This document shows, piece after piece, positions 16,644 to 36,094 of a DNA stretch of 64,000 nt. Origin of the DNA: the human T2T-CHM13v2.0 reference genome, Homo sapiens; the NCBI RefSeq assembly GCF_009914755.1, contig NC_060926.1; one strand, given 5' to 3'. The notes under the pieces were generated by a model. The model ran no database searches. It saw nothing but the letters and a program-made list of their open reading frames with translations, and had not been told where the DNA came from. Both the position numbers and the translations under genes were made by a program. Positions within the stretch are counted from its first letter, which is position 1. Each line of letters starts with the position of its first letter.

Positions 16644-17890
16644 ATTATTTAGATTTGCACATCTGTTTATCCAACCTCATCTCATTCATCTCCCCTCTAG
16701 GCTCCCTGAAGCCCAGGACCGGCAGTTCCTTAAGGAACTGTGTGTTGGCATGCCTCAGTGCCTTTGCACAAGCTGCTGTTTCTGTCTGGAATCTCTAGAC
16801 TCCTTCTAATCTTCCTCAGCTGAATGCTGCCCAGCCCACTTCAGCTTAATCATGCTCCCTTTGTCCTGAAGGCTTCCCGGAGAAGCCCTCCATCTTCTTC
16901 AGCCAGCCTGAGTGCAGGCTCCCCTGTGCCCTCCCATACCCACTGGGCTCACCTCTGTCACAGTGTTGCTCGTGCTCGGCTGTCCTTCCTCTGTAAAGTG
17001 AGCTCCTTAAAGGGGACACTGACTAGCAGAGTCCTCAGCAGATACTGGGAGCTGCTGAGTCAATGTTCGCTGAATGACTGGAAAAATGAGAATTGTCATC
17101 TTAGAGGAGGTGATAGGAATTGAATTCTGTGTTTCTCAAAGGTAGTTTCTTGCACCTTTTGCTCTTGCATAATAGTTTCCATTTCTTGAGGAGGCGGGGG
17201 TGGTGTTTTTGTTTGGACCATCCTAGGAGCCATCACTTGAACTTCCTGCCACACCAGATTCAGCCCACTGCAAAGAGGCTGGCTGCATTTGATTTCCTCT
17301 GCAAGGAAGAAAAACAAAACAAAACAAAAGTCTTGATTTATCACAAAACTCAGCACAGGAAAGCTTAAACAATGGCTCCCAAACTCAGCTCTCATGTTGC
17401 TAAAAATTATTTGTCTTATAGGAGGAAGAGAATTCCTCAAATCCCACAAAGGCAACTCTTCTTCCTGAAGACAGCAGCTTTGCCAGTAATGAGGGCAACA
17501 TTCCCAATACAGGTTGGTGGTCAAGTGACTTTTGTGAACCCATAAGCTAGTCAAGGGAGGAGGGGCTCTCAGGGTGTCACTGGGGAGTGGGTCCAGTTAG
17601 TTTTGAGCATAAGATGGGCGACAGCTATGAATTACAACCTCATTGGACAACATCCATGTTAAAAGCACATAATGAAACATCAAATGTTGTGGAGGATGCT
17701 GGGAGCCCATTGAGTGGCACATGGCTGTTCCTATGGGGAAACAGAGTCTACCTCTGTTCTCATCTTGCACCTTCCTCTGATAATTGCCTCCAGGAGCACC
17801 TGCTTTAACTTCTTCCAATACTGACCTCCTATCGTGAGGTCTGTGTTACTAGTTTCACTATCTGTTGAGCACTCTTTGATTTTATGATTA

Positions 17891-18083
17891 ACTTTGGTTT
17901 GTTTGTTTTTTGAGACAGGGTCTCATTCTGTCACCCAGGCTGGAGTGCAATGGCGAGATCTCGGCTCACAGCTCACTGCAGCCTCTGCCTCCTGGGTTCA
18001 AGCAATTCTCCTGCCTCAGCCTTCCGAGTAGCTGGAACTACAGGTGCCCATGATGACGCCAGGCTAATTTTTGTAATTTTTTG
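17891..18083 (-). mobile_element. Alu right-arm fragment
   Basis: tgagacagggtctcattctgtcacccaggctggagtgc.. Confidence 0.85.
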
Positions 18084-18110
18084 ACTCCTCATTCTTGAAC
18101 ATGGTTATAG

Positions 18111-19070
<960 letters not shown>

Positions 19071-21179
19071 TAAGACCTTCTCACTTTATTCTTTATGCCA
19101 GTAATTCTCTCCTTTTGTGTTTTTCATCCCTTTCACATTCTATGCTTCATTCTGGATAGCAATTTTTAGGCTGGCCTATCTTGCAATAGGTTTTCATTTC
19201 ATCCATTTCTAATTAGCTGTTAATCCCAACTGTGGGACTACTTTGTTATATTGTATTTTTTCATTTCTAAACTTTCTATTTGGTCCTTTTTCATACTGAT
19301 GATTTTACTTTTTAAAAATCGGTAGACTTTATTTCTTATAATGATTTTATTTTATTTTATTTTTTCTTACCTTGACTTGAAGCTCATGATTTCAGATTTA
19401 TCAAAAAATTAAGCCAATAATACAGAATGTTCCATATGTGCTCCTCCCACACACAGTTTCTCCTATTGCTAACATTTTGCATCAGCGTGGCATGTTTATT
19501 GCAATTAATGAATCAATATTAATACATGTTCACTAACTAAAAGTCCCACAGTTTACAGTGAGGTTCACTCTTTGTGTTGTACAGTTCTGTGTGTTTTGAC
19601 ACTTGCATAATGTCATGTAGCCACCGTTACAGAATTACAAAGAATCGTTTCACTGTCCTAAAATGCCCCTATACTTCACCTATTCATCCGTTCACCCACT
19701 CCCCCTGAACCATGGGCAACCACTTGATTTTGCTTTTTTGCAATTCAGATGTTGCCAAGGTGATTACGTTAAGTGAGGGTGTCTTTAATAAGTGATTAGG
19801 CTATGATGATTTCTTTTTTAAAGTTTCCAATTTCCTGCCAAAATTTGTGAGTTTTTATTTCTTTGACCATATTCAGCATGGTGGTTTGACAGTCTGTGTC
19901 TGACACTTCCAATATCTGGAGTCCATGCTGCTAATGATTTTTTTTTCCTGCTATTTCTCATTAACATCATCTATCTTGTATGTCTGGTAATTCTTTCAAA
20001 TATTTTTTCAAATTTTTTTATTCTGGTAAAATACACCTAACATAAATTAGCCATCTTAATCATTTTCAAGTATACCATTCAGTGGTATTAAATATATTCA
20101 TATTGTTGTACAACATCACCATCATCCATCTTTAGAACTCTTTTCATCTTGCAAAACTCACACCCAATACCCATTAAATATTAACTCATCATTGCACCCT
20201 TCCCCCAGCCCCTGGCAACCACCATTCTACTTTCTGTCTCTATGAATTTGACTACTCTAGGTACTTCACATAAGTGAAATCATACAGTATTTGTCTTTTT
20301 GTTACTGTATGATTTTTGTCCATCACTTACCATAATGTCCTCAATGTTCTATTTTATGTATATGCCACATTTTGCATGTGCATTTTATGGTCAATGGAAA
20401 CTTGGGTTGCTTCCGTGTTTTAGCTTCTGTGAATAATGCTGCTGTGAGCATGCTATAAAGATAGGCATAGCTGTATCTCTTGGAGACCTTGCTTTCAATT
20501 CTTCTGGGCATATATCCAGAAGTAGAACTGCTGGATCATATAGTAATTCTATTTTGAATTTTGAGTGGAACCACCATCCTGTTTTCCACAGTGGTTGCAC
20601 CATTTTCTATTTTCACTAACAGTGCATAAGGGTCCCAGCTTCTCCACATCCTCATCAACATTTGTTATTTTCTGTTTGTTTTAATAGTAGCCATCCTAAT
20701 GAGTAGGAGCTGGTACCTAGTTATTTTTTATTATTTGCTTGACATCATGTTTGAGAAGTTATTTGTAGGAATAATTTGAAGTTTAGGATAATGTTATTTT
20801 CTCCTATAAAAAATTTTTCATTTGTTTCTGTCAGGTACTTTGGTGCACTACCAATAGAGTGTCACCTTAATCTATCTTCAGGGCTAGAGATTTTCTAAGT
20901 AACCAAAGGGACTCAAAATTTGGTTGTAGTCCATGCTAACACTGATTTCTTTTTTATTTCCTCTTACTTCTCAGGAGCAAACATTTGTGGCTTCTGCCTA
21001 AGCAGGGGATTAATTAGCAGGGGACCCAAACTTAGCCAGCCCTGGACTCTGACATTTGACCCCCATTTTCATAAGGCTCTCAAAAGTGCAGCTCAGCCTC
21101 TGAACCGCTAATCCCATCTCAGACACCCTCATACCCTCCAAATGTATGGTTCATTGCTAGGATGTAAATGCTTCCCCTT

Positions 21180-21494
21180 GGCCAGGCGTGTGGCTCACGC
21201 TTGTAATTCCAGCACTTTGGGAGGCGGGTGAATCACTTGAGCCCTGGAGTTCAAGACCAGCGTGGGCAACATAGCAAAACTCCATCTCTACAAAAAATGC
21301 AAAAATTAACCAGACATGGTGGCGCATGCCTGTAGCCCAAACTACCTGGGATGCTGAGGCAAGAGAATCACTTGAGACCTAGAGGCAGAGGTTGCAGTGA
21401 GCCACAACTGAGCCACTGCACTCCAGCCTGGACAACAGAGGGAGACCCCGTCTCAAAGCAAAACAAAAACAAAAAACAAAACAAAATAAAAAAA
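21180..21494 (+). mobile_element. Alu (AluJ)
   Basis: Diverged dimer in the 5' LTR. Confidence 0.88.
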
Positions 21495-22068
21495 GCTTTC
21501 TTTTCAAAATTCATGAGGGTTTCGGATTACAGCCATTACAAAACAGCCTTCATACAGCTTTTGGTAGCTTCTCCTTCTGCCTTCTACATGTGAGGACACA
21601 GTGCACCACCCCTCCAGAGGATATACAATTAGAGGATATAAAATTAGGCACCATTTTGGAAGCTGAGAGCACCCCTCACTAGACAACCCAAACTGCTTGT
21701 TTCTTGATCTTGGATTTCCCAGCTTCCAGAACTGTGAGAATATAAATTTCTGTTTTTTAAAAAGTACCCATTCTGTGGTATTCTGTTATAGTAGCAAAGA
21801 AGAGACAAAGAAAATTAGTACCAGAGAAGTGAGGCACCAACTCACTGGCAGCAAATGCCTAAAACTGTGAAAGTAGCTTTGGAACTGGGTAATGGGTAGA
21901 GCTGGAACAGTTTTGAAGTGAATGCCGTAAAAAGCCTAGAGTGCTATGAATGGAGCATCTAGGGCGACTGGGGAAGGCTCGGAAGAGGAGAGCTGCAGGG
22001 AAAGTCTGGAACTTCTGGAGATTACTCAAGTGGCTGTGTGCAGAATGTTGGTAGAAATAGGAACAGGG

Positions 22069-22385
<317 letters not shown>

Positions 22386-23488
22386 TTTGAACAGGAAAGA
22401 CCATCTTGAGGAGGTTTCTGATGAAAGTAAGAAACAAGGTATTGGACACTAGAGGAAAGGCCATCCTTGTTACAAAGTGACAAATAACTTGGTAGAATTA
22501 TGTTGATGTCCCAAGAGTCTGTGGAAGGCAGAATTCAAGAGCAATGAACTAGGATATTTGGTGGAAGAAATCTCCAAGCAGCAAAATGTTGAAGGGGCTG
22601 TATGTGTTCTCTAAACTGCTTACAGTAGAGTGCAAAAAGAGAAAAAGGATTTAAAGATGGGATTGATAATTAAAAGGGAAGAAGATGTAAAGATCTAGAA
22701 AGCTGTCAGCCTGGCCATGTAAAGAATAAAAAAGCGTGGCCTGGCGACCTTTGCTAAGGAGATTAGTAGGGATAGAAGGAAGCCAGACACTATTCATCAA
22801 GATAATAGGAGAACAACCTTGAAGGCATTGTGGAGACCTAAAATGTCGCCTGCCCATCGTAGGCCTAGAGTGCCAGGCTCTTGAGGGCAGAAAGATTTCA
22901 AGGGAGGGGCCCAGGGCGCCTGTGGGACCTCAGGGCTCACGACCCAGGGGCACCTTGGGACCCCATGCTCCATGTTTCTACGCAGCACTCCTCAACTGAC
23001 CCAGTTGTGTTCAAGCGGGTCCAGGTGTGGCTTGAGTCACCGCTCTCGAAGGCTGAGGCCATAACCCTTTGCAACATCCACGTGGCACTAACTCCACAAG
23101 TGCACAGATGCAAGAGCTGTGGAGGCATGATTTCTCCCACCAGATTTCAAAGGATGTCATGGACAGCCTTGGGCACCAAGCTGAAAGTTGCTGCAGGGTG
23201 GGCTCACTGCAGAGAATCTCCACTAGTGCAATGCTCAGTGGACGCAATGGAGGCAGGGCTGTTCCCAAGACCCCAGACATGTAGAGCTGCCAGTGTGCAA
23301 AGCCAGCCTGGGAGTCACAAGTACCCAACTCCAACTGCTGAGAGCTGCATTGTGGGCTGCTCCCAGCAAAACCTTGAGGCTAGGGTCCTGTGGAGCCTTG
23401 GAAGCCCTACAGCCATCCCACACTGTATCTAGAAGGCATGACATCGAGTCAGGGAGGATTGTTCTCAGGCCTCAAGATTTAATGTTGT

Positions 23489-23627
23489 GGCTGGGTGCGG
23501 TGGCTCACGCCTATAATCCCAGCACTTTGGGAGGCTGAGGCAGGTGGATCACCTGAAGTCAGGGGTTCAAGACCAGCCTGGCCAACATGGTGAAACCCTG
23601 TCTCTCCTAAAAATACAAAAAAAAATT
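23489..23627 (+). mobile_element. Alu left arm only
   Basis: Ends at the middle A-rich linker. Confidence 0.85.
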
Positions 23628-23629
23628 TG

Positions 23630-24115
23630 CTAAGGTTAATTTGCTATTGAAGAAAAAAATTTAGAATACATTTAGTGTAGGCTAAGTGCACAGTGTTTCT
23701 AAAGTCTACAGTAGTAAACAGCAATGTCCTAGGCCTTCACATTCACTCACCATTCACTCACTGACTCACCCAGACTAACTTCTAATCCTGCATGCTCCAT
23801 TCGTGGAAAGTGCAGTATGCAATGTACTATGTTTTAATCTCTTATCTCATATTTTTACCGTAACTTTTCTATGTTTAGTTGTTTAGATACACAAATATTT
23901 GCCATGGTGTTACAGTTGCCTGCAGTATGCAGTACAGTAGCACGTTGTGCAGGCTTGTAGCCTAGGAGCAGTCGGCCATACCACATGGCCTAGCTGTGTG
24001 GTAGGCTGTACTATCTAGGTCTGTGTAAGCACGCTCTATGATGTCCACTCAGTGGTGAAATGGCCTAACAGTGTGTTTCTCAGAACATATCCCCATCATT
24101 ACATGACATGTGGTT
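23630..24115 (+). mobile_element. Tigger3/Golem (MER7-type) fragment
   Basis: aagtctacagtagt..gtcctaggccttcacattcactcacc..cctaggagca..tttctcagaacatatcccc. Confidence 0.75.
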
Positions 24116-24496
24116 GTGTTTTGTATGTGAGAAGGACACAAATTTTGGAGGGCCAAGGGCGGAATACCATGATTTGAATGTGTTCCCTCCAAAATTCAGG
24201 AGTTGCCAATGTGACAGTATTAAGAGGCAGGGCCTTTAAGAGGTGACAGACCATGAACGTTCTTGCTCATGAGATTAGTGCTCTTATAAAGAGGCTTCAC
24301 ACAGCATTCAGCTGCTTGCCTGTCAGCCTCCAATCTGTGAGGACACAATGCTCCTCCCCTCAAGAGGAGGCAACACTAAGGCGCCATCTTGGAAGCAGAC
24401 AGCCGCCTTCACCAGACCACCAAACCTGCCAGCACCTTCATCTTGGGCTTCTCAGCTTCCCACACTGTAAGAAATAAATGCCTATTTTTTTAATAA

Positions 24497-25055
<559 letters not shown>

Positions 25056-25579
25056 CTATGTTCCTTTTTATATTCTCAGAACTGACGCCTTATTGTTAGT
25101 GCCTGATGTGCTTTTTAGGAACTCACTAAATATTAGTTGATGAATGCGTTCTTAGTAGGGAGTCATTCCACCTGATCTGGGGAAGATATTAGAAGAACAC
25201 TCAACATTACACAATGTCAAAATCAAGTTTGTATAGTGCAGCAAAGGTAGAGTTTCAGAGGCATGGCCAGGGTCAAGAAGCAAAATAACTCCAAGAAACA
25301 CCCATATAGGAAAAAACGAAAACAAATAACAAATGAAATGTTTGCAAATGAAAGCAAACAGACAGGAAGAAGGCATAGGCTGTAAGATAGTAAGGTAGGG
25401 ATAACATTGGTTGTCCTTCAAATTTCAATGACAGGTTTTTGTTGCTTATGATTTTTAAAAATGCTATGTAATCATTGTTACAATATTGTTGCCTATGAGA
25501 TAAATTAGACAGTTAAGAAAAATGCCTGTTGTTTCCAGGACACACATCATTCATCTGAGGATGCATATTAGACTTACTG

Positions 25580-25790
25580 GTGCCTGTATGGCATGAACTT
25601 TGGGAGTCAACTTGAAATTTTGTACCTGACTTGGCCTCTAAATAATTGTGAGCAGAGTTCTTAACTCTGTGAGCTTTACTTCCTCCCCTCCAAAGGGAGA
25701 TGACGTAGCTTCTCTTCAGGGCTGTTGGTGAAGGTTCCATAAGGTGAGATACTGCCGGTCAGTGCCTGGCATGAGCAGGTGGTCAGCGCA
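25580..25790 (+). mobile_element. MIR fragment
   Basis: ttcttaactctgtgagc..cttcagggctgttggtgaag..cagtgcctggca. Confidence 0.5.
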
Positions 25791-26299
25791 CATACAGCTT
25801 GTCCATTCTCATGATCCCGAGCCATAAGCTCAGCAATGAGCTGTGCCGGCTGCCACCACTCTTGGACAGTAGACAGCACAACATCTTCCAGACAAAGGTA
25901 TGTAACATATTTATTGATTGACCTTCTGCTGGCAAGGATGAAAATAAAAAATAACACATTTATTGAATATTTATTTCTACTTGGGGATTAAAGAAAATAA
26001 AGGTGATAATTTCTCTGCTTCTGTTCCCAGGACCTGTGCACTTGGGGCCAGGGCTGTAGTCTTCAAACTGACTCCCACTTTCCTCATGCACTCCCAACCA
26101 GCCTCTCCATGAGTATCCACTCATTATTCGTTCATTATCTTAATTACTTATTAAATTTTAAGTTAATTATTTCATTCACTATTGATTAATTATTCCAAAC
26201 ACCCTGATGTCATTTTCTTCACTGGGCGAAGTGTTTCCTTATTGGTGCCTAGTGTCTTGAATAAGCTAATACATGTTTGCCTTACAGAAAATCACCTAA

Positions 26300-26909
<610 letters not shown>

Positions 26910-27554
26910 CAGGGCCATGTTTTTCTTAATAAAAACAACTACCTCCCATCTCGTTGCAGAGAGAGGGCCTGTTCTCTTTCTTTGGTAAATGGAAGAGATT
27001 TGATCCACTCTGGTGATGGGGAATAGCTGTTTTAGTATATAAATAGCTTGCTGTGACTAAAGTGTCAGACTCTGGTGAGATTAAAGATACGGTCCCAGAT
27101 GAATTGCAAATGGGTTATATTAGATTTTATGTCTGCTAATATCGTGGAATGATGCTGGTACAGGGTACTTAATGCCACAACCCCCTCCACCCTGCAGAGG
27201 CCCAAGCAGTTTCTCTCCAGGCACTTCCCTGAAGCCTGGAAACACCTCCCTTTCTTCTGCCTGCCTGCCCCCTTTCATCCAGAAAGCTTTTCGAGGCTTG
27301 GGCCCTTCACTGACGAAACTCTGAGAGCTCCCTTTGACCAAGATAACATCAAGAAGGAAGGAGAATTATCTAAGTAAGTTGGAAGGTAACTAGCCATAGA
27401 GTACTGTAACTGAAGTCCCTGTGGGATGCTAAAAACAAAAGAAGATCAAATTAAAGCTGATGAGCATTGTTGGCTCACAACATATTGATTGATATCCCAG
27501 ATAGCAAAAGAATTAACAAAAGAACATTTGGAAATGTGTACTCAGATTTAATAA

Positions 27555-27886
<332 letters not shown>

Positions 27887-28049
27887 TTAACATTTTTTTT
27901 CATGTCAAAGTTCAATGTTCAAAAGGCTAAAAACATGACTTACATACAAACACTAGTTGAGAGATTCAACAGGACATTAAAGCTGTTTCAAAGTAGAATT
28001 CAAGAATGTATTTAGTCAGGAAAGGCATGCTGAAATGACTTAGCTAAGA

Positions 28050-28705
<656 letters not shown>

Positions 28706-28875
28706 TTTTTAGCAGGAGATGTTTACTGTCCAAAATTGATTAATGTCCTAAACAGGAAAAGAAAACTGTAAGCTTTAGGGTAACTTTCTTTACCAGAGAG
28801 AAATTGTTTTCTAATCTACTCTTGCAGTGAGCTGAGTCGCACAACAGCACTCCAAAAATGTAAAATTAAGTATGT

Positions 28876-29180
<305 letters not shown>

Positions 29181-29589
29181 AGATTCTGTCTTCTTTGACA
29201 ATAGATCTAACTGAGGCTCAGCTTTCTTAGCTATTAACACTGTGCTGACTGAAAGTGATCTTTGTCTGACCTTAATGTTGGCTGGACACACTCCAGTGCT
29301 AAGTCATTTCCAGGTTCCCCAAATTATGTCAAATTCATAAGCTACTAGTGCTTTTCTCCATGGTATATAAAGGGAAAATATTCTATCGTCCATTTTTGGA
29401 AAACTTCAGTCATATCCTTCATGTTTCCCCTAATTGTAATAGCTTTATTATTATTATAAAGAAAATATATTTTGTTACTAAACAAACAGGAGATCTTATC
29501 CCTTTCCCCACTGTAAACAAGAGAGCAGTGGATAAAATTCTACAGAGTTCTCTGCACAAGTAGATGGTGATTTTCTTAGCAAAGTTTCC

Positions 29590-29888
29590 TTTTTTTTTTT
29601 TTGTTTTGAGACAGGGTCTCACTCTGTCGCACAAGCTAGAGTACAATGGTGTGATCTCAGCTCACTGCAACCTCCGCCTCTGGGGTTCAAGCAATTCTCC
29701 TGCTTCAGCCTCCCAATAGCTGTGAGTGCAGGCATGCGCCACCATGCCTGGCTAATTTTTGTATTTTTAGTAGAGACAGGGTTTCCCCATGTTGGCCAGG
29801 CTGGTCTTGAACTCCTGGCCTCAAGTGATCCACCTGCCTCGGCCTCCCACAGTGCTGGGATTACAGGCATGAGCCACTGCGCCCAGCC
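29590..29888 (-). mobile_element. Alu (AluS)
   Basis: Full dimer, TSD ttcttagcaaa. Confidence 0.9.
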
Positions 29889-30252
29889 TTCTTAGCAAAT
29901 TTTTCTAGAAATGAAATCACTGGTTAAAGCAGCATGTGTGTTTAAATTTTTAATAGATACTGTCAAGTTGCATTACAGAAAGGCTGTTTCTGTTTTTCCT
30001 GTCACACACAGTGTTTTCAAATACCTGCTTGTTTTCCCATAGACCAGTCAACACTAGTTGTTTGTGCTTTGTTTCTTAAACCAATTTTTAAAAAATTGTT
30101 GCTAATCTAATGAGTGAATTTTTATTTCGATTTCTTCGATTATTACTAAAATTGTTTATCTTTTCCATATGTTTTATACATTTTTAAATTTCTTTCGTGA
30201 ATTCATTAATAATATTCTTTACCTTTCTTTTCTTGTTGGTTCACAAGAGCCC

Positions 30253-30383
30253 TTTCTTTTTTAAAATTTAGAGATGGTCTCTCCGTGTTGCCAAGGCTGG
30301 ACTTGAACTCACAGGCTCAAGCAATCCACCGGTCTTGGCCTCCCAAGTGCTGGGATTACAGGCATGAACCATCACACCTGGCC
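30253..30383 (-). mobile_element. Alu monomer (FLAM-like)
   Basis: Single left arm. Confidence 0.8.
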
Positions 30384-33324
30384 CACAACAGCTCTTTCTG
30401 TAGTAAGGATTGTAATTTGGATATTAACGATTTCAATAGGATATTTTGCAAATATTTTCCCCTGCTTTTCCTTTGATCACTTGATTGTTTTATTTATTTA
30501 TTTATTCATTCATTCATTCATTATTTGGGTGAATGTTTGCCATATACAAGTCTTACATGTTTTATGTAGTAATCTTTTAAAATACCATTTATGATCCTAA
30601 TACAGGCTAAAATAATTGCATAGTTTAAAAAATAATTTCTTAAAAGATAGGGACTGATGGTACATCCTTATCTACATTCTGGAAGTTGGGTAATTATTAA
30701 ACAGCAACAAATTTAGATTTGCAAAGAAAAATCAATTACATTGTAATAAGCAATGGTGAGCTAAGAAAAAAGAATGACCCTACCAGAGTAATTTCCAAGT
30801 AAGTATTTAGAAGAGAACTTAAAAAAATCTATGTGCTGCAGTGGGTGGTAGAAGCAACAGTTTTCATTCATTCTGGATTTTTCTGCGAGTGTAACTGATC
30901 TTTAAAAAGTTGAAGTCCCTGGAAAAAGAAAGGCTCTGGAAAGTAGGCTCACTTTGTTTAAAAATTCATGAAGCTCTTTGATAATACAGCATGGTTGGGG
31001 AAATGCCAGGAATTGAGATCTAGCCACAAGAACAAAGCTAAAGTATTTTATGTCATGAAATGAAATAAAAAATTTAAAAGGATAATTTCAGCAACTTTAC
31101 GGCTATTTTCCAAGAGATCACTTACAACCACAGATCTGCAGCTGTGACCAGAAATTATCTGGGTTCCCCCCAGCATGGGATGAGAAGACAAAGACAATCC
31201 TGAGTTCATACAAATCCAAGTCTATAGCCAAGGATAATTTAAGAGGAACTCAAGTTGCTATAAAAGATTAGCAATCTGCCTTTAAAAGAGTGTGTCATGC
31301 AGTATGAGTTTGAAGTCTTAAAAAAAAATCAGCAGAACTGAAAACATAAAATATATTGTCACTGTTGTTGTCATATTCTCCAAAGCCAAGTGCAAATTCT
31401 GCAGGCATCTCAAATGTCAGGTGTTCAAACACAGCCTCTGCCTCCCTCCCAATCCTCCCCCTGAGGTCTTATTTTGTTCCAGTTTCACCTGCCCCCATAT
31501 CCAAGCTAGAAAGCCTCCATTTCTGGGATTCCTCCCTCCTTTTCTCCTTGCCTTATGTCATTTCTTCCAAGGAACTTTCCCAACCCCTGGTAAAAGTCAT
31601 TCCTTCAACTGTGCTTCTAAAAGGGAGGTGCTTTCAATGGGCGTGACTGAGCTTATCATGACCATTTTGTATTTCTCAGTCCATGTATATCCCTGGCACA
31701 TAATGGGTGCTCGCAATGATTTCTCGGGTTGAAGTTAAATCCAGGAAGCCCAGTCACTCACATGATGCATTTCTGCAGCCAAAATTAGTCTGGCTGCTGT
31801 TTTATCATCGCTACTCCTTAATCCTTGCAGATTCCATTGCTGTAATTTTTATGATGACTCCACTTGGGACCAGGATTCACGGGGCTTTTTGCAGCTGTTG
31901 GTAACTGCCTACAAAATTCTAGACTGTATCCCCAGGCTTGAATTAGTCTCTGTAAATTAATAGGCCACTGTAATCACTTTTTATTACCAAAATCAAAGAG
32001 CCACCTTGGATGCAAGGCATATTGTACCCTTTGGAAAAAAATATTTCTGAAAGCCATTCTCATGCATCCGTAAGTGGCAAAATGAAAACGTATATTGCTT
32101 TTTAAAAGAGAGATTTCTCCTTTTTAGTCTATTTGCAGAAGTAGCTTTCACATTATTTCACAAAGTGCATTTCAAATGCTTCTGTGCTGCACCTACTGAA
32201 ATCATGTCACTTGAGATAAGTTTGAAAATAATCTGCTTGGGCTAGGAGGCTATAGCTGTCTGTTAGCTCTCAAGAAAACGTGTCTCATTCAATGATCAGA
32301 GCCAAACAGTCAGGCTTGTGGTCAGGTGGATGGTAAGCTGATCTTACAGTCGTGGTTATGGAAAAAATGAACAGACAGGTGGTCATGACACATGACAGAT
32401 CCACAGCCCAGTTCACATAGCTTCTGAGGGACAGGGACTTGATCCTAGCCACCGTATTATTCCAGAATATTACCCACGAAAGGCCCTTGAAGCAGTTTAA
32501 TGTTTTAGAACATTATGCAAAAATCCCCCTTCAAATAGAGGCTGTTCTGTGTGTGTTTCCCTGGGGATGGACTTGATTAGGCAATGGGAGACAAAGGAGT
32601 GTCCTGGTTTTGGGCACAGACAAAGTACTTGAGTAAAATAGCCAGAAGGAGAATAGGCTTTTATTGCCCCAAGGTTATGAGAAGCTCCAGCTCCAAGAGG
32701 CGTTGAGATGTCAAGGGTCTGGCAGTGGTGAGGAAGGATGTTAGGAAGATCCGCTGAAGGGCTGAGATGCTGCCCACACCCAGGAGCAGCCAGGGAGGAC
32801 TCTACTCACTGCAACCTGTATTCCCAGTACCTCTCCAGCCCAGCCTGCCAACCACGTGGCCACAGGCTACCCGGTGCACCTTTAGGCATAGCTGAGTACC
32901 GAACCATCTTGCCTCATGTGTACATCCCTCTTATCTCCAGCCCCCTCCAGACAGGCCGCCAAATGCCTGTAAGCACAGGGGAAAGAAGCTGGGGCTTTGA
33001 AAATGAAAGTGCCCCATTTCCTGCCACCTTGTACTGTTAGCTCACTGGAAGAAGGGCCTGAATGCAGCCAGCCCGGGTCTCCACCCTCAGGTGGTCAGTT
33101 ACTTTCTGCTGAAGAAATATTGGATGGAAGCAGAAGAGTGAAGGAGGGAAAGGAAGTCAGCTGGCCAGCCAGGTTGCAAATATTTAAGAGCGCCTGCTAG
33201 ATCTTAAGTATTCTTCTAGATGCCGGGAATAGCACAGGGAGTTTCTGTCCTGGAAGAGAAGAGAGACAGGAAGGCCGGCAGGTAGGCAGGTAGGGTCAAG
33301 TGCGGGCTTCAAAATAACAAGCAA

Positions 33325-34035
<711 letters not shown>

Positions 34036-34417
34036 AATACAAGTGCTCAAAGCTTGTATATATGGATTGAATCTTCAGCATTTAATGCAAACCATATAAA
34101 GCTTTGATGGGCAACTGCAAAAGTTTTATTTTGAATAAACAGAAACAGCTTCCTTCTCCAAAAAAAAAAAAAAAAATAATAAGTGCTGGTAAGTGCTGAA
34201 CTAATGCTTGTTGCCCAGGGGGATGTTCTTAAACTGCTTCAGCCCCACCCCAAGAGCAGGTGGAGAAAGAGGGTTCTGTCCTCAACACTCCTTGAGATGC
34301 CCAGGAGAAGAGGCATAGAGATGTGAGGGGAGGTTCACATGGGTGATACGATGGGAACCAGGCAAAATCTGGTGGTCGAAACAGGTACACAGGCAACTGT
34401 GAGGTTGGGGAGCTGCA

Positions 34418-35320
<903 letters not shown>

Positions 35321-35612
35321 GGGTGGGAGAATTCCTGGTGTGGGCTGGGGCTGGGGCTGGAAGCCTCGTTCCTGGGTCTGAGGTAGCTGTGTACACCTGG
35401 GGAAGGCCCTGCTGGACCGACTGACTCCCCGCATGGAGTGAGCCCTGCTCAGCCCACTGCCAGCATCAGGCACTCGGCTCCCCTCAGTAGCAGGCCACAG
35501 AGCCTCTCCCTCTCTCCCGAGTGGCCAGGGGCGCTCTGGTTTTCTCCCAGTTTCTCCTCCCACCTCCTCACCTCCTCACCTCCTTTTAATCCGAGGGAAA
35601 GGCTTCCTGTTC

Positions 35613-35614
35613 TT

Positions 35615-35653
<39 letters not shown>

Positions 35654-36094
35654 TTTTAATTTTTTTTTTTTATTATACTCTAAGTTTTAGGGTACATGTG
35701 CACATTGTGCAGGTTAGTTACATATGTATACATGTGCCATGCTGGTGCGCTGCACCCACTAACGTGTCATCTAGCATTAGGTATATCTCCCAATGCTATC
35801 CCTCCCCCCTCCCGTTTATTGCGGCACTATTCACAATAGCAAAGACTTGGAACCAACCCAAATGTCCAACAATGATAGACTGGATTAAGAAAATGTGGCA
35901 CATATACACCATGGAATACTATGCAGCCATAAAAAATGATGAGTTCATGTCCTTTGTAGGGACATGGATGAAACTGTAAACCATCATTCTCAGTAAACTA
36001 TCGCAAGAACAAAAAACCAAACACCGCATATTCTCACTCATAGGTGGGAATTGAACAATGAGATCACATGGACACAGGAAGGGGAATATCACAC
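35613..36094 (-). mobile_element. L1HS pre-Ta, 5'-truncated with 5' inversion
   Basis: Poly(A)/(TAAA)n tail at 35613-35670. 3'UTR antisense to 35813 with ACG diagnostic (cgt 35763-35765) and the human-type G in cttaGagtata (35680). Inverted ORF2-end/3'UTR segment at 35814-36094. TSD tcctgttc (35605-35612 / 36095-36102). Confidence 0.9.

Noticed and set aside
22881-23432. 183-aa ORF as a possible domesticated gene
   Set aside because: Non-ATG start inside the MaLR internal region. No recognisable domain, and the surrounding frames are broken.
35698-35979. 93-aa ORF ending in L1 ORF2 C-terminal text (FIAALFTIAKTWNQPKCP)
   Set aside because: A chance fusion across the L1 inversion junction. 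No promoter, and it is a fragment only.
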